The notes under the pieces were generated by a model. That model was not told the DNA's origin, made no database searches, and was given only the letters and a program-made list of their open reading frames with translations. Of a stretch of DNA of 50,038 nt, positions 18,884 through 28,570 are shown one piece after another. The DNA lies in assembly GCA_050246815.1 (NCBI GenBank), contig JBFWVI010000021.1, positions 1 to 50,038 on the forward strand. Reading direction: 5' to 3'. Position numbers and translations under genes: made by a program. This stretch comes from Bdellovibrionales bacterium (lineage in GTDB: Bacteria > Bdellovibrionota > Bdellovibrionia > Bdellovibrionales > UBA1609). Within the stretch, counting starts at the first letter, position 1; the number at the start of each line of letters is the position of its first letter.

Positions 18884-19884
18884 ATTTTTCGCGGCCAGAC
18901 TTTTTGGCGTTTTGCCAGAGGGATAAAGCTGGCCGCCGCTGCGGTGTCGGCACAGCGCTCAAGATCCGCGATTTGAAGGTCTAAGGTTTCACTTAAAAAT
19001 TTGTATTCATGATTCAGGTCCAAGTTGAAGATACCAGGGTCATCGGTGTTGATGGTCACCTTCACACCATAATCCATAAGTTTTTTAAAGGGATGATCTT
19101 TTTTGTTCGGTATGGCCTGGGTCAGCCAGTTGCTGCTGGGACAAAGCTCCAGAACCACACCTAACGCTTTCACCAAATCCATCATTTTGCTGTCACGGTA
19201 AATTTGCACTCCATGGCCGATACGGGTGGCACCCAAATACTCGATGGCCTCGCGCACGTAGCGGGGGGCGTTGGGCACGGCAGCCTCTCCACTGTGGATG
19301 GTGATGCCCAGGCCTTCCTTTTTGGCGCGCAAGAAAAATGGCGCGAAAGGTTTTGAGTCAAACCCCACTTCATTGTCGGCCAAATCCAGGCCCACAAAAC
19401 TATCGCGGTTTGAAATCGCGAAGTCGGTGACGGCCTCGGCTTCTTTTACGGGTAAAATACGTTGGATGATGCAGATCAAACCGATGGCCATGGGGAACTC
19501 TTTTTCGGCTCGGCGTATACCACGCAGAATGGCCTCATGGATCGCCGTGAAATTAAGGTGCTCATGGCCCATACGGATGAAGGTGGGTGCGTAGCGCAGT
19601 TCAAGAATGCGGATATTGTCGATCCGAAAGGCGTCCTCGCAGGCCTCAAAAGTCAGCCGTTCGATGATTTCGCTTGAGGCCCAAAGCTTTTGCGTGTCCA
19701 AAAACTTGTTCAAAACCGAGCCTAAATCCAGCATGGGTTCGGTGATTAAGAAGCGCTCTTGAAAGGCTTTTTGATCAGGCAAGTGGATGCCAAATTGGGG
19801 GGCCAGCTCGCGGATGGTGGCGGGGCGTACGCAAAGCTCCAAATGGCGATGCAATTCAGCTTTTGGCAGGCGTTGGATGTGCAT
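18880..19884 (-). CDS. add: Adenosine deaminase
   Basis: PKAELHRHL, TIHSGE, RIGHG, ELCPSSN, INTDDP. Confidence 0.93.
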   Translation of the reverse strand: MHIQRLPKAELHRHLELCVRPATIRELAPQFGIHLPDQKAFQERFLITEPMLDLGSVLNKFLDTQKLWASSEIIERLTFEACEDAFRIDNIRILELRYAPTFIRMGHEHLNFTAIHEAILRGIRRAEKEFPMAIGLICIIQRILPVKEAEAVTDFAISNRDSFVGLDLADNEVGFDSKPFAPFFLRAKKEGLGITIHSGEAAVPNAPRYVREAIEYLGATRIGHGVQIYRDSKMMDLVKALGVVLELCPSSNWLTQAIPNKKDHPFKKLMDYGVKVTINTDDPGIFNLDLNHEYKFLSETLDLQIADLERCADTAAAASFIPLAKRQKVWPRKI

Positions 19885-19980
19885 TCAAACCAGAATAAAA
19901 TTTGTAACTTCCGGGGCCAAGGGGAAAGTATTGACGCGCCAGTGAAATCACGCCAAAACGGGGTTCCGCAGGAGTCTTTT

Positions 19981-22017
19981 ATGAACCCACACGTTGCGCC
20001 CCTGTCTTTGACTAGTCCTTTGGCTGGGAATCCCAAGTCGGCCCCGCGCCATTCGATCCATCTGACCCGGGCTTCTGGTAAAAATTTGCAGGTCGCCGAT
20101 CCGCGTGCCACACGTGCCATGGTGGCATTGATGGATATGCAGGCGCAGATGAATGGTGCGGCTTCACACTGGGGCGGCCCCTCGGCTTTCGCTGAACTGA
20201 TGTCGACGCTGCATGCGCTGATGCTGGACGAAGCACAGGCGGCCAATTTGCCTTGGCACCAACTGTTTCACTTCGTTAACGACGCCGGCCATTGTGAAAA
20301 TGGCCTTTACGCATTGAAAGCCAATTACGGTTGGGCTGGGGTGGAGCTGTCAACTCTCAAAAAATTCCGCTCGATTGATGGATTTTTAACTGGTCACGGT
20401 GAAGCGCATATGTTCCCTCAGGGGGTTTACATTTCGAATGGACCTTTGGGTTCGGGATTGCCACAAGCACAAGGGCTGGCGATCGGTGACGCCTTGGCCA
20501 ATCGCGCACGCGTTACGGTGTGTGCAATTTCGGACGGTGGCTGCATGGAAGGCGAGGCGCGCGAAGCGCTTGCCGCGATTCCAGGTTTGGCCAAGCGGGG
20601 CAAAGTCGCGCCTTTTGTGATGGTGATCAGTGACAATAACACCAAACTCACCGGACGTATGGACGATTCGTTTTCGATGGCCCCCACCTTTGAGTCTTTG
20701 AATGCTTTAGGTTGGCGAGTGATCCACTTGGCCGACGGCCATAACCTTGAGGCCTGCCTGACCGTTTGGGAAGAGGCTTTGCAAATGGCGCGGCAACAAC
20801 CTCAGCGACCAGTGGCGATTCATGCGAAGACCGTAAAAGGCTTTGGCGTGGACAAAACTGTGAAGTCGGCTTCGGGTGGGCATGGCTTCCCCTTGAAGGA
20901 AGCCAAAGAGCTAAAAGCATTTTTAAATGAAATTTATTGTCACGAGCCTTATCCTGCAGAGTTCAATGCTTGGGCGGAAGAGCTTGAGCAGATCGAGGCG
21001 GCAAAGGCCGCCCTAAAAGCATCAAGCCCAGTGGCCGCTAGCGCGCCGACGGAAAAGGTCCAAGTGGGTGTCAGCAAAGCATTGCTCGCCAAACGCGCGG
21101 CAGGTCTGCCTGTGGTGTCTGTGACGTCGGATCTTCCAGGTTCGACAGGCCTCGCCGATTTTCAAAAGAAATATCCTGAAGCCACCATCGATGTGGGTGT
21201 GGCCGAAGCCAATATGGTCAGTGTGGCGGTCGGATTGTCAAAAGAGGGGTTTATCCCTGTGGTCGACACGTTTTCGCAATTTGCCGTCACCAAAGGTAAT
21301 TTGCCGTTGATCATGGCGGCCCTTTCGCAAGGGCCTGTTATCGGAATCTTGTCGCACGTTGGCTTTCAAGATGCGGCGGATGGGGCATCCCACCAGGCCT
21401 TGTCGTATTTCGCGGCGACGGCGGCAATTCCGCACACCGACATTTACGCGCTAACCTCTTCGCTGGAAGCTGAGGCCCTGGTCGGTCAGGCCATCGATGA
21501 ATTCGCGGCCGCCCGCAAGGCCGGGCGCACACCTCGGTCGAAATTATTTTTCTTAGGTCGCGAAAACTTTCCGCGCCATTATTTGCCTGAGGGCACAAAA
21601 TATAAACTGGGCCATGCGCAAGTGTTGGCTGAAAACGTCGTGGAGGGTCAGCCGGCGTGGACGATCGTTGCGGCCGGGGCATTGGTGGACGAGGCGTTGT
21701 TGGCGGCAAAAGAACTTGGCGAAAAAAATATTTCGACCATTGTGATCAATCCTTCAGTGATCAATCATCCCGATGTGAGCACGTTAAGCGCGGCATTGAA
21801 TCGCACTGGCGGCAACTTGCTGACGGTTGAAGACCATCAGGCTGTGGCCGGTATGGGTGCCATGGTCGTGCAGGCTTTAGCCAATGCGGGTGTGCGCTTA
21901 AACAAGGTGACCACCCTAGGCGTCAAAGACCAGTTTGGCCAAAGCGCCTATTCAGCGCGGGAGCTCTATCGCAAACACGGGCTGGACTCAGCCAGCATCA
22001 TAACGGCTGCGCGGTAG
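19981..22017 (+). CDS. tkt: Transketolase (single-chain, ThDP-dependent)
   Basis: SHWGG, DAGH, GPLGSG, SDGGCMEG...DNN ThDP motif, GVAEANM, DGASHQ, VEDH; SD AGGAG before ATG 19981. Confidence 0.85.
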   Translation: MNPHVAPLSLTSPLAGNPKSAPRHSIHLTRASGKNLQVADPRATRAMVALMDMQAQMNGAASHWGGPSAFAELMSTLHALMLDEAQAANLPWHQLFHFVNDAGHCENGLYALKANYGWAGVELSTLKKFRSIDGFLTGHGEAHMFPQGVYISNGPLGSGLPQAQGLAIGDALANRARVTVCAISDGGCMEGEAREALAAIPGLAKRGKVAPFVMVISDNNTKLTGRMDDSFSMAPTFESLNALGWRVIHLADGHNLEACLTVWEEALQMARQQPQRPVAIHAKTVKGFGVDKTVKSASGGHGFPLKEAKELKAFLNEIYCHEPYPAEFNAWAEELEQIEAAKAALKASSPVAASAPTEKVQVGVSKALLAKRAAGLPVVSVTSDLPGSTGLADFQKKYPEATIDVGVAEANMVSVAVGLSKEGFIPVVDTFSQFAVTKGNLPLIMAALSQGPVIGILSHVGFQDAADGASHQALSYFAATAAIPHTDIYALTSSLEAEALVGQAIDEFAAARKAGRTPRSKLFFLGRENFPRHYLPEGTKYKLGHAQVLAENVVEGQPAWTIVAAGALVDEALLAAKELGEKNISTIVINPSVINHPDVSTLSAALNRTGGNLLTVEDHQAVAGMGAMVVQALANAGVRLNKVTTLGVKDQFGQSAYSARELYRKHGLDSASIITAAR

Positions 22018-22078
22018 GCCCTTCTTTTTCCGTCTGCAGCGCGTTTAGCGCTGCGCAGACGGAAAAAGAAGGGCCTAC
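22014..22078. repeat. Long perfect inverted repeat (24-bp arms plus inner stem)
   Basis: GTAGGCCCTTCTTTTTCCGTCTGC (22014-22037) is the exact reverse complement of 22055-22078; inner AGCGC-GTTTA-GCGCT. Confidence 0.9.
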
Positions 22079-22087
22079 GGAGGAACG

Positions 22088-23917
22088 TTGTCAGTCATTG
22101 TTAGCATCCACCAACTGACCAAAACTTTTGCGTCGCGAACGCTGTTCGACAAGCTGACCTTTTCCGTGTCGGCGGGCGAACGCATTGGTTTGATCGGCCC
22201 CAATGGCGCTGGCAAATCCACGCTGATGAAAATCATCGCGGGCAAAAGCTCGACTGACGGTGGCACGGTGTCGCTGCAACGAGGTTTGAAAGTCGGCTAT
22301 TTGGAGCAGGTGCCCAAGTTCGAACCCGACGCCACCGTGCAGTCTGCCGTGAACGAGGGCGCCGAAGATCCTTATGAATGGGAAATCATGGCGCTTTCGC
22401 AAGAGCTGATGTCGCGCCTGGATCTGAACCATTTGGCTGAAGCGCCCATCAACAAGCTTTCAGGTGGCTGGCAAAAACGAGTGGCTTTGGCCCGTGAACT
22501 TTTGCGTCAACCGGATCTGCTGTTGCTGGACGAGCCCACTAACCACCTGGATGTGGAAAGTATTTTGTGGCTCGAAGATTTTTTGGCCAAAGCGCGGTTT
22601 GCAACTATTACGATCACCCATGACCGCGTGTTCTTGCAGCGGGTCAGCAATCGCATTATCGAACTGGATCGTCGCAACCCCGGCGGCTTGTTGAGCGTCA
22701 ACGGCGATTACACAGCTTACTTGGAGCAAAAACAGTTTTTACTGAACGCCCAGACACAGCAAGAGACCAAGCTTCGCAACACTTTACGTCGTGAAACCGA
22801 ATGGCTGCGCCGTGGGGCGCAGGCGCGGCAAACCAAACAGCAGGCGCGCATCAAGGCCCATGGCACCCTTTCGGACCAAGTGGACGATTTGGCCGCGCGC
22901 AATGTGAACGCAATCTCACGAATTGATTTTGTGGGGCTTGAGAAAAACCCGAAAAAATTAATTGATGCCCAAGGAATCAGCAAGGCCTACAACGGTCAAA
23001 CCATCGTGCCCAAAATTGATTTGGTGATCACGCCCAAAAGCCGTATCGGCCTTTTGGGTGCCAACGGTGCCGGCAAGTCCACTTTGATTCGTTTGCTGCT
23101 TAAGCGCGAAGAGCCCGATCAAGGCACGGTCACCCACGCCGAACGGCTTGAAGTGGCCTACTTCGAACAAAATCGCGAAAGTTTGGATCCCAACAAGAGC
23201 CTGGTGAAAACCATTTGTCCCGAAGGCGAGTGGGTGGATTACGCCGGAACTAAAATCCACATTCGCAGTTACTTGAGCCGATTTTTGTTTGCGTCTGAAC
23301 AAATGGAACTACCGGTCGGTAAACTTTCGGGCGGCGAACAAAGCCGATTGCTGATCGCACGTCTAATGCTGAATAAGTCGAATCTTTTGGTGCTAGATGA
23401 ACCGACCAACGATTTGGACATGCAAACGCTCGATGTGCTGGAAGAGGTTTTAAAAGAATTCAACGGCGCCGTGATTTTGGTGACCCACGATCGCTATTTT
23501 ATGGATCAGGTGGCCAATCAAATTTTGTCTTTCGGTCTAGATAGCAAGGGCAAAAAAGCCATGTTCAGCTTCGCAGATTTAAGTCAGTGGGAGACTTGGA
23601 ACGAAACTCAACCCAAAGTGTCGGCGGCCGCGGCCGGCAGCCAGTCCGCTGCGGCCACAGCTGGTGCGGCATCGGCCAGCACGGCGCGGCACCAACCAAA
23701 GAAAAAACTCAGCTACAACCAACAACGCGAACTCGACGGCATGGAAGCGAGTATTCAAAAGGCAGAAGCCCATTTGGCCCAGCTGACTGAACAGCTGGGT
23801 TCGTCTGAAGCCGTGGCCGACAAAAATAAAATGCAAAAGCTCAGCAAAGAGTTGGCTGCAGCTCAAACCGAAGTTGAGCGATTGTACGCGCGCTGGTCCG
23901 AGCTGACTCAGGAGTAA
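22088..23917 (+). CDS. uup: ABC-F family ATPase (Uup-like)
   Basis: Two ABC cassettes (GPNGAGKS, LSGG, DEPTN), ETEWLRRG...ARQTKQQAR linker, C-terminal KKLSY coiled coil; TTG start with SD GGAGG. Confidence 0.9.
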   Translation: MSVIVSIHQLTKTFASRTLFDKLTFSVSAGERIGLIGPNGAGKSTLMKIIAGKSSTDGGTVSLQRGLKVGYLEQVPKFEPDATVQSAVNEGAEDPYEWEIMALSQELMSRLDLNHLAEAPINKLSGGWQKRVALARELLRQPDLLLLDEPTNHLDVESILWLEDFLAKARFATITITHDRVFLQRVSNRIIELDRRNPGGLLSVNGDYTAYLEQKQFLLNAQTQQETKLRNTLRRETEWLRRGAQARQTKQQARIKAHGTLSDQVDDLAARNVNAISRIDFVGLEKNPKKLIDAQGISKAYNGQTIVPKIDLVITPKSRIGLLGANGAGKSTLIRLLLKREEPDQGTVTHAERLEVAYFEQNRESLDPNKSLVKTICPEGEWVDYAGTKIHIRSYLSRFLFASEQMELPVGKLSGGEQSRLLIARLMLNKSNLLVLDEPTNDLDMQTLDVLEEVLKEFNGAVILVTHDRYFMDQVANQILSFGLDSKGKKAMFSFADLSQWETWNETQPKVSAAAAGSQSAAATAGAASASTARHQPKKKLSYNQQRELDGMEASIQKAEAHLAQLTEQLGSSEAVADKNKMQKLSKELAAAQTEVERLYARWSELTQE

Positions 23918-23926
23918 GCGGAAGCG

Positions 23927-24179
23927 TTAAAGTTTCTTTTCTAAAATGATTTTGGGTTCACCGAATTGGTCAGTGTAGGTGCCGACAACATCAAAACCGT
24001 TTTGATGTTCAGGATCAGCATCTGCCGCCACCTTGTTGACGGGCTTTGGGTGAAACCCCTCCGGTCCAGCTGTAGTATTCAGTTCGGCCCAGTTCATATC
24101 CCAATTTAAAACCAAGCACTTGGTGATCTTTGTTGTGCGCAATAAATAAAAGGCAGGCGGGCTTCTGGCTACCGGCTTT
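23927..24179 (-). pseudogene. Decayed GNAT acetyltransferase pseudogene
   Basis: Three frames give VLGFKLGYELGRTEYYSWTGGVSPKARQQG | WRQMLILNIK | NGFDVVGTYTDQFGEPKIILEKKL*. Internal deletion near 24030/24031, -1 frameshift in the run at 24000-24003, and no in-frame start. Confidence 0.75.
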
Positions 24180-24238
24180 GGGCCACGGTCTCTGCGACGG
24201 CTCTCAGTCCTCTGCCTCTGAACTCGGATCTAAAAAAA

Positions 24239-24475
24239 CTAAACCTTATCTTTTTCGTTATTCTTGGTGCCGACGCCGCTGGCGTCTTGATTTTTTTGAT
24301 TCTGCAGGCGTTCGCGGGCCGTGACATCGATTTCAGGTTCTTCGTTCATGCCTTTTTTGAAGCCGCGGATGGCTTGGCCCAAAGATTTGCCAAGATCGCC
24401 CAGGCGCGAAGGTCCAAACACCAACAAAACGATGACCAACAGGATCACCATGTGCCAAATCGACATTCCACCCAT
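24239..24475 (-). CDS. tatA: Twin-arginine translocase subunit TatA
   Basis: [33 protein letters not shown]. Confidence 0.93.
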   Translation of the reverse strand: MGGMSIWHMVILLVIVLLVFGPSRLGDLGKSLGQAIRGFKKGMNEEPEIDVTARERLQNQKNQDASGVGTKNNEKDKV

Positions 24476-24518
24476 AACGGCCTCCTTCAAAACTAAGGCG
24501 CTCTTATCCTAACACGAT

Positions 24519-25910
24519 TCAATTCAACTGAGTATCATCCTCGGTGGGGACCAGTCCAGCGTCAACCATTTGGGTTTCAACCACTTTGCGACGACGACGG
24601 CGGCGGCGTTTACGCGAATCGTTGGGCATGCGGGCCAGTTGCGAGGCCCCTTGCTCGAGGCTTTGGCGCCAGAAAACCACTTCCTTCGGGGCCAAAGCAT
24701 AGTCACGCTCGGCCAGGATCAAGGCCAAAGTAAAGGCTTCGTTGCGCAACACGGCGAGTTGGCGACGAAGTCCGCGTTTGGCGAACTCCTCGGCTCTTTG
24801 CAGGGTGGACTGCATATGCAGCGCCTTGGCGATCAAAGACTGTTCGAACTTAAACATGCCCAGTTCATCACGCATCAGAGGCAGCAAAAAGGGATGTTCT
24901 TCCCATTCGCTGGCCTTCAGCGGCAGCGTCACATCGGGTTGAATCACCGCGCGCACATAGGCCAAAACCAAAAGCGCAAAAAGTTCCAGTGGGTTTTGTT
25001 TGTCGACGGCGAAGTCATGGATATGACGAAGATGCGATAAAAAGACCTCGGCGCGATCCAAATCATCAAACACCGCATGCAGGTGGGGTGAGATGTGCTT
25101 GAGCACGCCCAAGTCATAGGCTTCCTGAAAGGCCAGCGCGGGATCTTTCAGCCGAATCAATTTCAAAAATTCTTCGCGGCGTCTGGGCAGCACGGTGGTG
25201 GGTAGTTTTTCTGCCTGCTGAGCCATGGCCGCACGCAAATCGGGATCCAGTTGAAAGCCGATCATGTGGGCCAAGCGAAGTGCTCGCAAAATACGGATGG
25301 GGTCTTCGGCCAGGCGGCGTACCGGATCGCCGATCATGCGCACCATTCGTGCGTTCAGGTCGGGTAGGCCCTGGGCATAATCAATCAATTTTCCTGCGAC
25401 GGGATCATAGAATAAGCCATTGATGGTGAAATCGCGTCGCTGGGCGTCTTCTTCAGGGGTACCATAAACGTTGTCCGTCACGCGTGGCTTTTTGGCTGAA
25501 GACTCGTCGCCTTCGGCCGAGTCCTCGGCTTCTTCGAGCTCCTCGCCAACCTCAGGTAACTCCATTTGTGGATTTGGCTGGCCCAGGGCGGGAAGTTCCA
25601 TGACAAAAGCTTCTGGCGGTTGTTCGCGGCGGAAGGTGGCCACTTCAAACTGTTGTTCGTCACGCTTCACCAACACCAAACGAAAGCGCTTGCCGATGAT
25701 GAACGAGCGAAAGATCAGGCGCTTCACCTGTTCGGGGCGGGCGGCAGTGCCAATGTCGAAATCTTTGGGTTGGATTCCCAGCAGCAAGTCGCGCACGCAG
25801 CCCCCCACCAAATAAGTGATATGCCCGGCTTTTTGCAGGGCGCGCACAATCCCATAGGCGTGAGGGTCGATCCATTTGCGGTGAAGGCGAGGTGTTTGTT
25901 TAACGTTCAT
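24519..25910 (-). CDS. pcnB: Poly(A) polymerase I / CCA-adding family nucleotidyltransferase
   Basis: YLVGGCVRDLLLG, PKDFDI, PAP signature IIGKRFRLVLV, EVATFR, RRDFTING, EDPIRILR; Arg-rich tail. Confidence 0.88.
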   Translation of the reverse strand: MNVKQTPRLHRKWIDPHAYGIVRALQKAGHITYLVGGCVRDLLLGIQPKDFDIGTAARPEQVKRLIFRSFIIGKRFRLVLVKRDEQQFEVATFRREQPPEAFVMELPALGQPNPQMELPEVGEELEEAEDSAEGDESSAKKPRVTDNVYGTPEEDAQRRDFTINGLFYDPVAGKLIDYAQGLPDLNARMVRMIGDPVRRLAEDPIRILRALRLAHMIGFQLDPDLRAAMAQQAEKLPTTVLPRRREEFLKLIRLKDPALAFQEAYDLGVLKHISPHLHAVFDDLDRAEVFLSHLRHIHDFAVDKQNPLELFALLVLAYVRAVIQPDVTLPLKASEWEEHPFLLPLMRDELGMFKFEQSLIAKALHMQSTLQRAEEFAKRGLRRQLAVLRNEAFTLALILAERDYALAPKEVVFWRQSLEQGASQLARMPNDSRKRRRRRRRKVVETQMVDAGLVPTEDDTQLN

Positions 25911-25954
25911 TTCGGCTGGTCAATCCCAAGCTGCTCAAGCTATATCATCTGAAG

Positions 25955-26773
25955 ATGCATCTAGATCAATTTCACCATCAGATCCTAGGTTCCGTCCACG
26001 GCCCCAAGGTTGTGTTTTTACATGGGCTTATGGGATCCGGCGCCAACTGGCGCAAGATCACCGCGCGACTGGAAGACGCTTACCACATCCTGCTGCTTGA
26101 TCAAAGGGGCCATGGCAGATCCTTTCACCCGCTTTCCGGTTATGCGCCCGAAGATTATGCCGATGACCTGGTCAAGATTTTGGACGAGCTCAAATGGGGC
26201 AAGGTGATCCTGGTGGGGCATTCGATGGGCGGGCGAAACGCATTAAATTTTTCACATCGATGGCCGCATCGCGTTATTGGTTTGGTTTTGGAGGACATCG
26301 GGCCCAACTCAGACGCCAAGTCCGCGGCCAGAATCGAAAACCTTCTGGCCCAGGTGCACACGCCTTACCCTTCGCGCCTAGAGGCAAAAAAAGACATTTT
26401 AGAAGAGTTCCCCAAACGCATCGCCGGCAACCGGCAGGCGGCCACTTTGGCGCAGTTTTTTTATTCGAATATCGAAGAAAAAGAAGACGGCACCGCCGAT
26501 TGGCGTTTTTCAAAGGCAGGTGTTTTGGAAAGTTTGAAAGAGGGGCGCTTGCGCGAGCGCTGGGCCGAATTTGATAATTTAAAGATGCCGACCTTGGTGA
26601 TTCGTGGTGAGCACTCACCAGATCTGGGTGCGCCGACTTTTACCGAAATGCTGAAGCGAAATCCGGCCGTGAAAGGCGTGGTTGTGCCGAATGCCGGGCA
26701 CTGGGTGCACAGCGATCAACCGGAGTTGTTTATTGAAGCCCTGATGGAGTTTTTTGCGGCTTTGCCGCATTAG
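25955..26773 (+). CDS. Alpha/beta hydrolase (YbfF/ABHD11-like esterase)
   Basis: LHGLMG, DQRGHG, GHSMGG nucleophile elbow, AGHWVH. Confidence 0.9.
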   Translation: MHLDQFHHQILGSVHGPKVVFLHGLMGSGANWRKITARLEDAYHILLLDQRGHGRSFHPLSGYAPEDYADDLVKILDELKWGKVILVGHSMGGRNALNFSHRWPHRVIGLVLEDIGPNSDAKSAARIENLLAQVHTPYPSRLEAKKDILEEFPKRIAGNRQAATLAQFFYSNIEEKEDGTADWRFSKAGVLESLKEGRLRERWAEFDNLKMPTLVIRGEHSPDLGAPTFTEMLKRNPAVKGVVVPNAGHWVHSDQPELFIEALMEFFAALPH

Positions 26774-26839
26774 ATTAATTTGAATTTGGCGAAGGTCTAA
26801 GACGCCCCGGCTGGAGGCGGTTTTGCTAGTGCAAGAGAT

Positions 26840-28486
26840 ATGATTCTGAGCCCCCGTTCTATTCGACAAGTGTTGGAAATTAGTGCCGTCAATGGGCTCT
26901 TGTCGATTCTTTTGACAGGCTCACTTTGCGCTGCGGATTGCGACAGCCCGCTGGCAGCGCAAGCGGTGCCCTCAGCGATCATGACGGATCCGCTGATTCA
27001 GCGCGCCGTGCAGCTGAAGGCCTTTGATGATTTTAAGCTCTTGATGGATCGCGTACGCCGACCTTACGTGCACGGCGCGCTGAGCGCCCATCTTCAGATT
27101 CAACGTCAGGCCCAGAAAATTGGAGTGCAAGAAGGAGAGGTCGCAAAAATTCGCTTTTTGGTGGAGCAACTGTACGAATCTAAAAGTGAATTGTTGCCGG
27201 TGTCAGATCCGCTGACGATGCCACGGTTCACTTTGTCGAACAACTCACCACACAAAGGGGCCTTCGATTACATCGAAGCCACCTGGCAGAAGTTGATTCG
27301 CCAAACCCCGTTACGTAAAGAGAGCACCTTAATTCCACTGCCAAATCCGATTCTGATCCCGGGCGCGCGTTTTCAAGAGGCCTATTACTGGGACAGCTAT
27401 TTTGCAATGCACGCCTTGATTCGCACAGGACGCGAAAAATTTGTGCGGGGGCAGATCGACAACTTTTTATTTCTGATCAACAAATATGGCTTGGTGCCCA
27501 ACGGCAATCGCGATTATTACCTTTCGCGTTCGCAGCCGCCATTGCTAAGTCGGATGGTGCGTTTGTATTTGCATGAAAAAAAGGACGGACTGAATTCAGA
27601 CGATAGGGCTTGGCTGCGCAACCACGTGCTGCCAACTTTGAAGCGCGATTATTTTGGCTTTTGGATGAACTCCGGCACGCGTTTGCACGCGGCAACCGGG
27701 TTGAACCATCATTGGGATGCCCAGAATGAGCCGCGCCCCGAGCGACATGCGGCGGACATCGAGGAGCAATTGGGCGCGACCTATCGTGACGTGCGAGCCG
27801 AGGCCGAAAGTGGTCGCGATTTCACCGCTGCTTACGAAGGCGAAGCGACCCAAACGGCCACCGTGTTTTTAAATGCGCTGATGTATGGACTTGAAAATGA
27901 CTTGGCATGGTTTTCTGAACTTGCGGGTGACACCGTCGGCGCTTTTGGCTTTCGCGCAGCCATGCAAAAAAGAAAGCGGGCCATTCAGCAGCATTTGTAT
28001 GACCCAGAAACAGATTTTTACTATCACTACAACCTGCGTGAAAAGCGGCGTTTACCGTATGTTACCGCTGAAGTTTTTGCCTTGGTCTACTTTGGCGTGC
28101 TGACGCCTGCCGAGGGCCGCCCCCTGGTGCAAAAAGCGATGGCCCGCTTACAGGCCACAGGTGGAGTGATGGGCTCGACGATTCAATCGGGCAAACAATG
28201 GGACGCTCCTTTTGGCTGGGCACCTGACAACATGATCGCGATTGAAGCCTTGCGTTTGGTGGGCGACCAACGGGGGGCGCGCCACTTAGCTCGAAACTGG
28301 GTGAGCATGGTGGACCGCGTATTTGGACGGATGGGAACAGTGCTTGAAAAATACGATATGATCCGGGCAGACGCGCCAGAGGAAGCCGGTGATAAGTACG
28401 TCACACAACAGGGCTTTTTGTGGTCGAATGGCGTTTATGTGTGGATTTTGACCGATATTTTGAAACAATCACTCGTGCCCCTGTAG
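26840..28486 (+). CDS. Alpha,alpha-trehalase (GH37), probably exported
   Basis: PGARFQEAYYWDSYF, PNGNRDYYLSRSQPP, PRPE, AESGRDF, QWDAPFGWAP, EKYD, GFLWSNG; hydrophobic N-terminal segment. Confidence 0.9.
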   Translation: MILSPRSIRQVLEISAVNGLLSILLTGSLCAADCDSPLAAQAVPSAIMTDPLIQRAVQLKAFDDFKLLMDRVRRPYVHGALSAHLQIQRQAQKIGVQEGEVAKIRFLVEQLYESKSELLPVSDPLTMPRFTLSNNSPHKGAFDYIEATWQKLIRQTPLRKESTLIPLPNPILIPGARFQEAYYWDSYFAMHALIRTGREKFVRGQIDNFLFLINKYGLVPNGNRDYYLSRSQPPLLSRMVRLYLHEKKDGLNSDDRAWLRNHVLPTLKRDYFGFWMNSGTRLHAATGLNHHWDAQNEPRPERHAADIEEQLGATYRDVRAEAESGRDFTAAYEGEATQTATVFLNALMYGLENDLAWFSELAGDTVGAFGFRAAMQKRKRAIQQHLYDPETDFYYHYNLREKRRLPYVTAEVFALVYFGVLTPAEGRPLVQKAMARLQATGGVMGSTIQSGKQWDAPFGWAPDNMIAIEALRLVGDQRGARHLARNWVSMVDRVFGRMGTVLEKYDMIRADAPEEAGDKYVTQQGFLWSNGVYVWILTDILKQSLVPL

Positions 28487-28570
28487 GGCTTTGCGATTTG
28501 ACTTTTCTTGGTGCCTAAGAGTAAATCGGGAAGACATTTTCATATACGACCATACGCGTCAAGGACATCC

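Noticed and set aside
19759..19980. N-terminal extensions in the ORF track (tkt, also GNAT, tolB-like, flgF, rsmJ)
   Set aside because: They overlap neighbouring genes or promoters; downstream starts with an SD or stop-start overlap fit better
24190..24225. CTCTG micro-repeats after tatA
   Set aside because: Low complexity, with no stable hairpin or periodicity
28380..28430. Trehalase inactivated because GGEY reads GDKY
   Set aside because: The catalytic Asp (SGRD) and Glu (EKY) equivalents are retained; the change affects a substrate-contact position only
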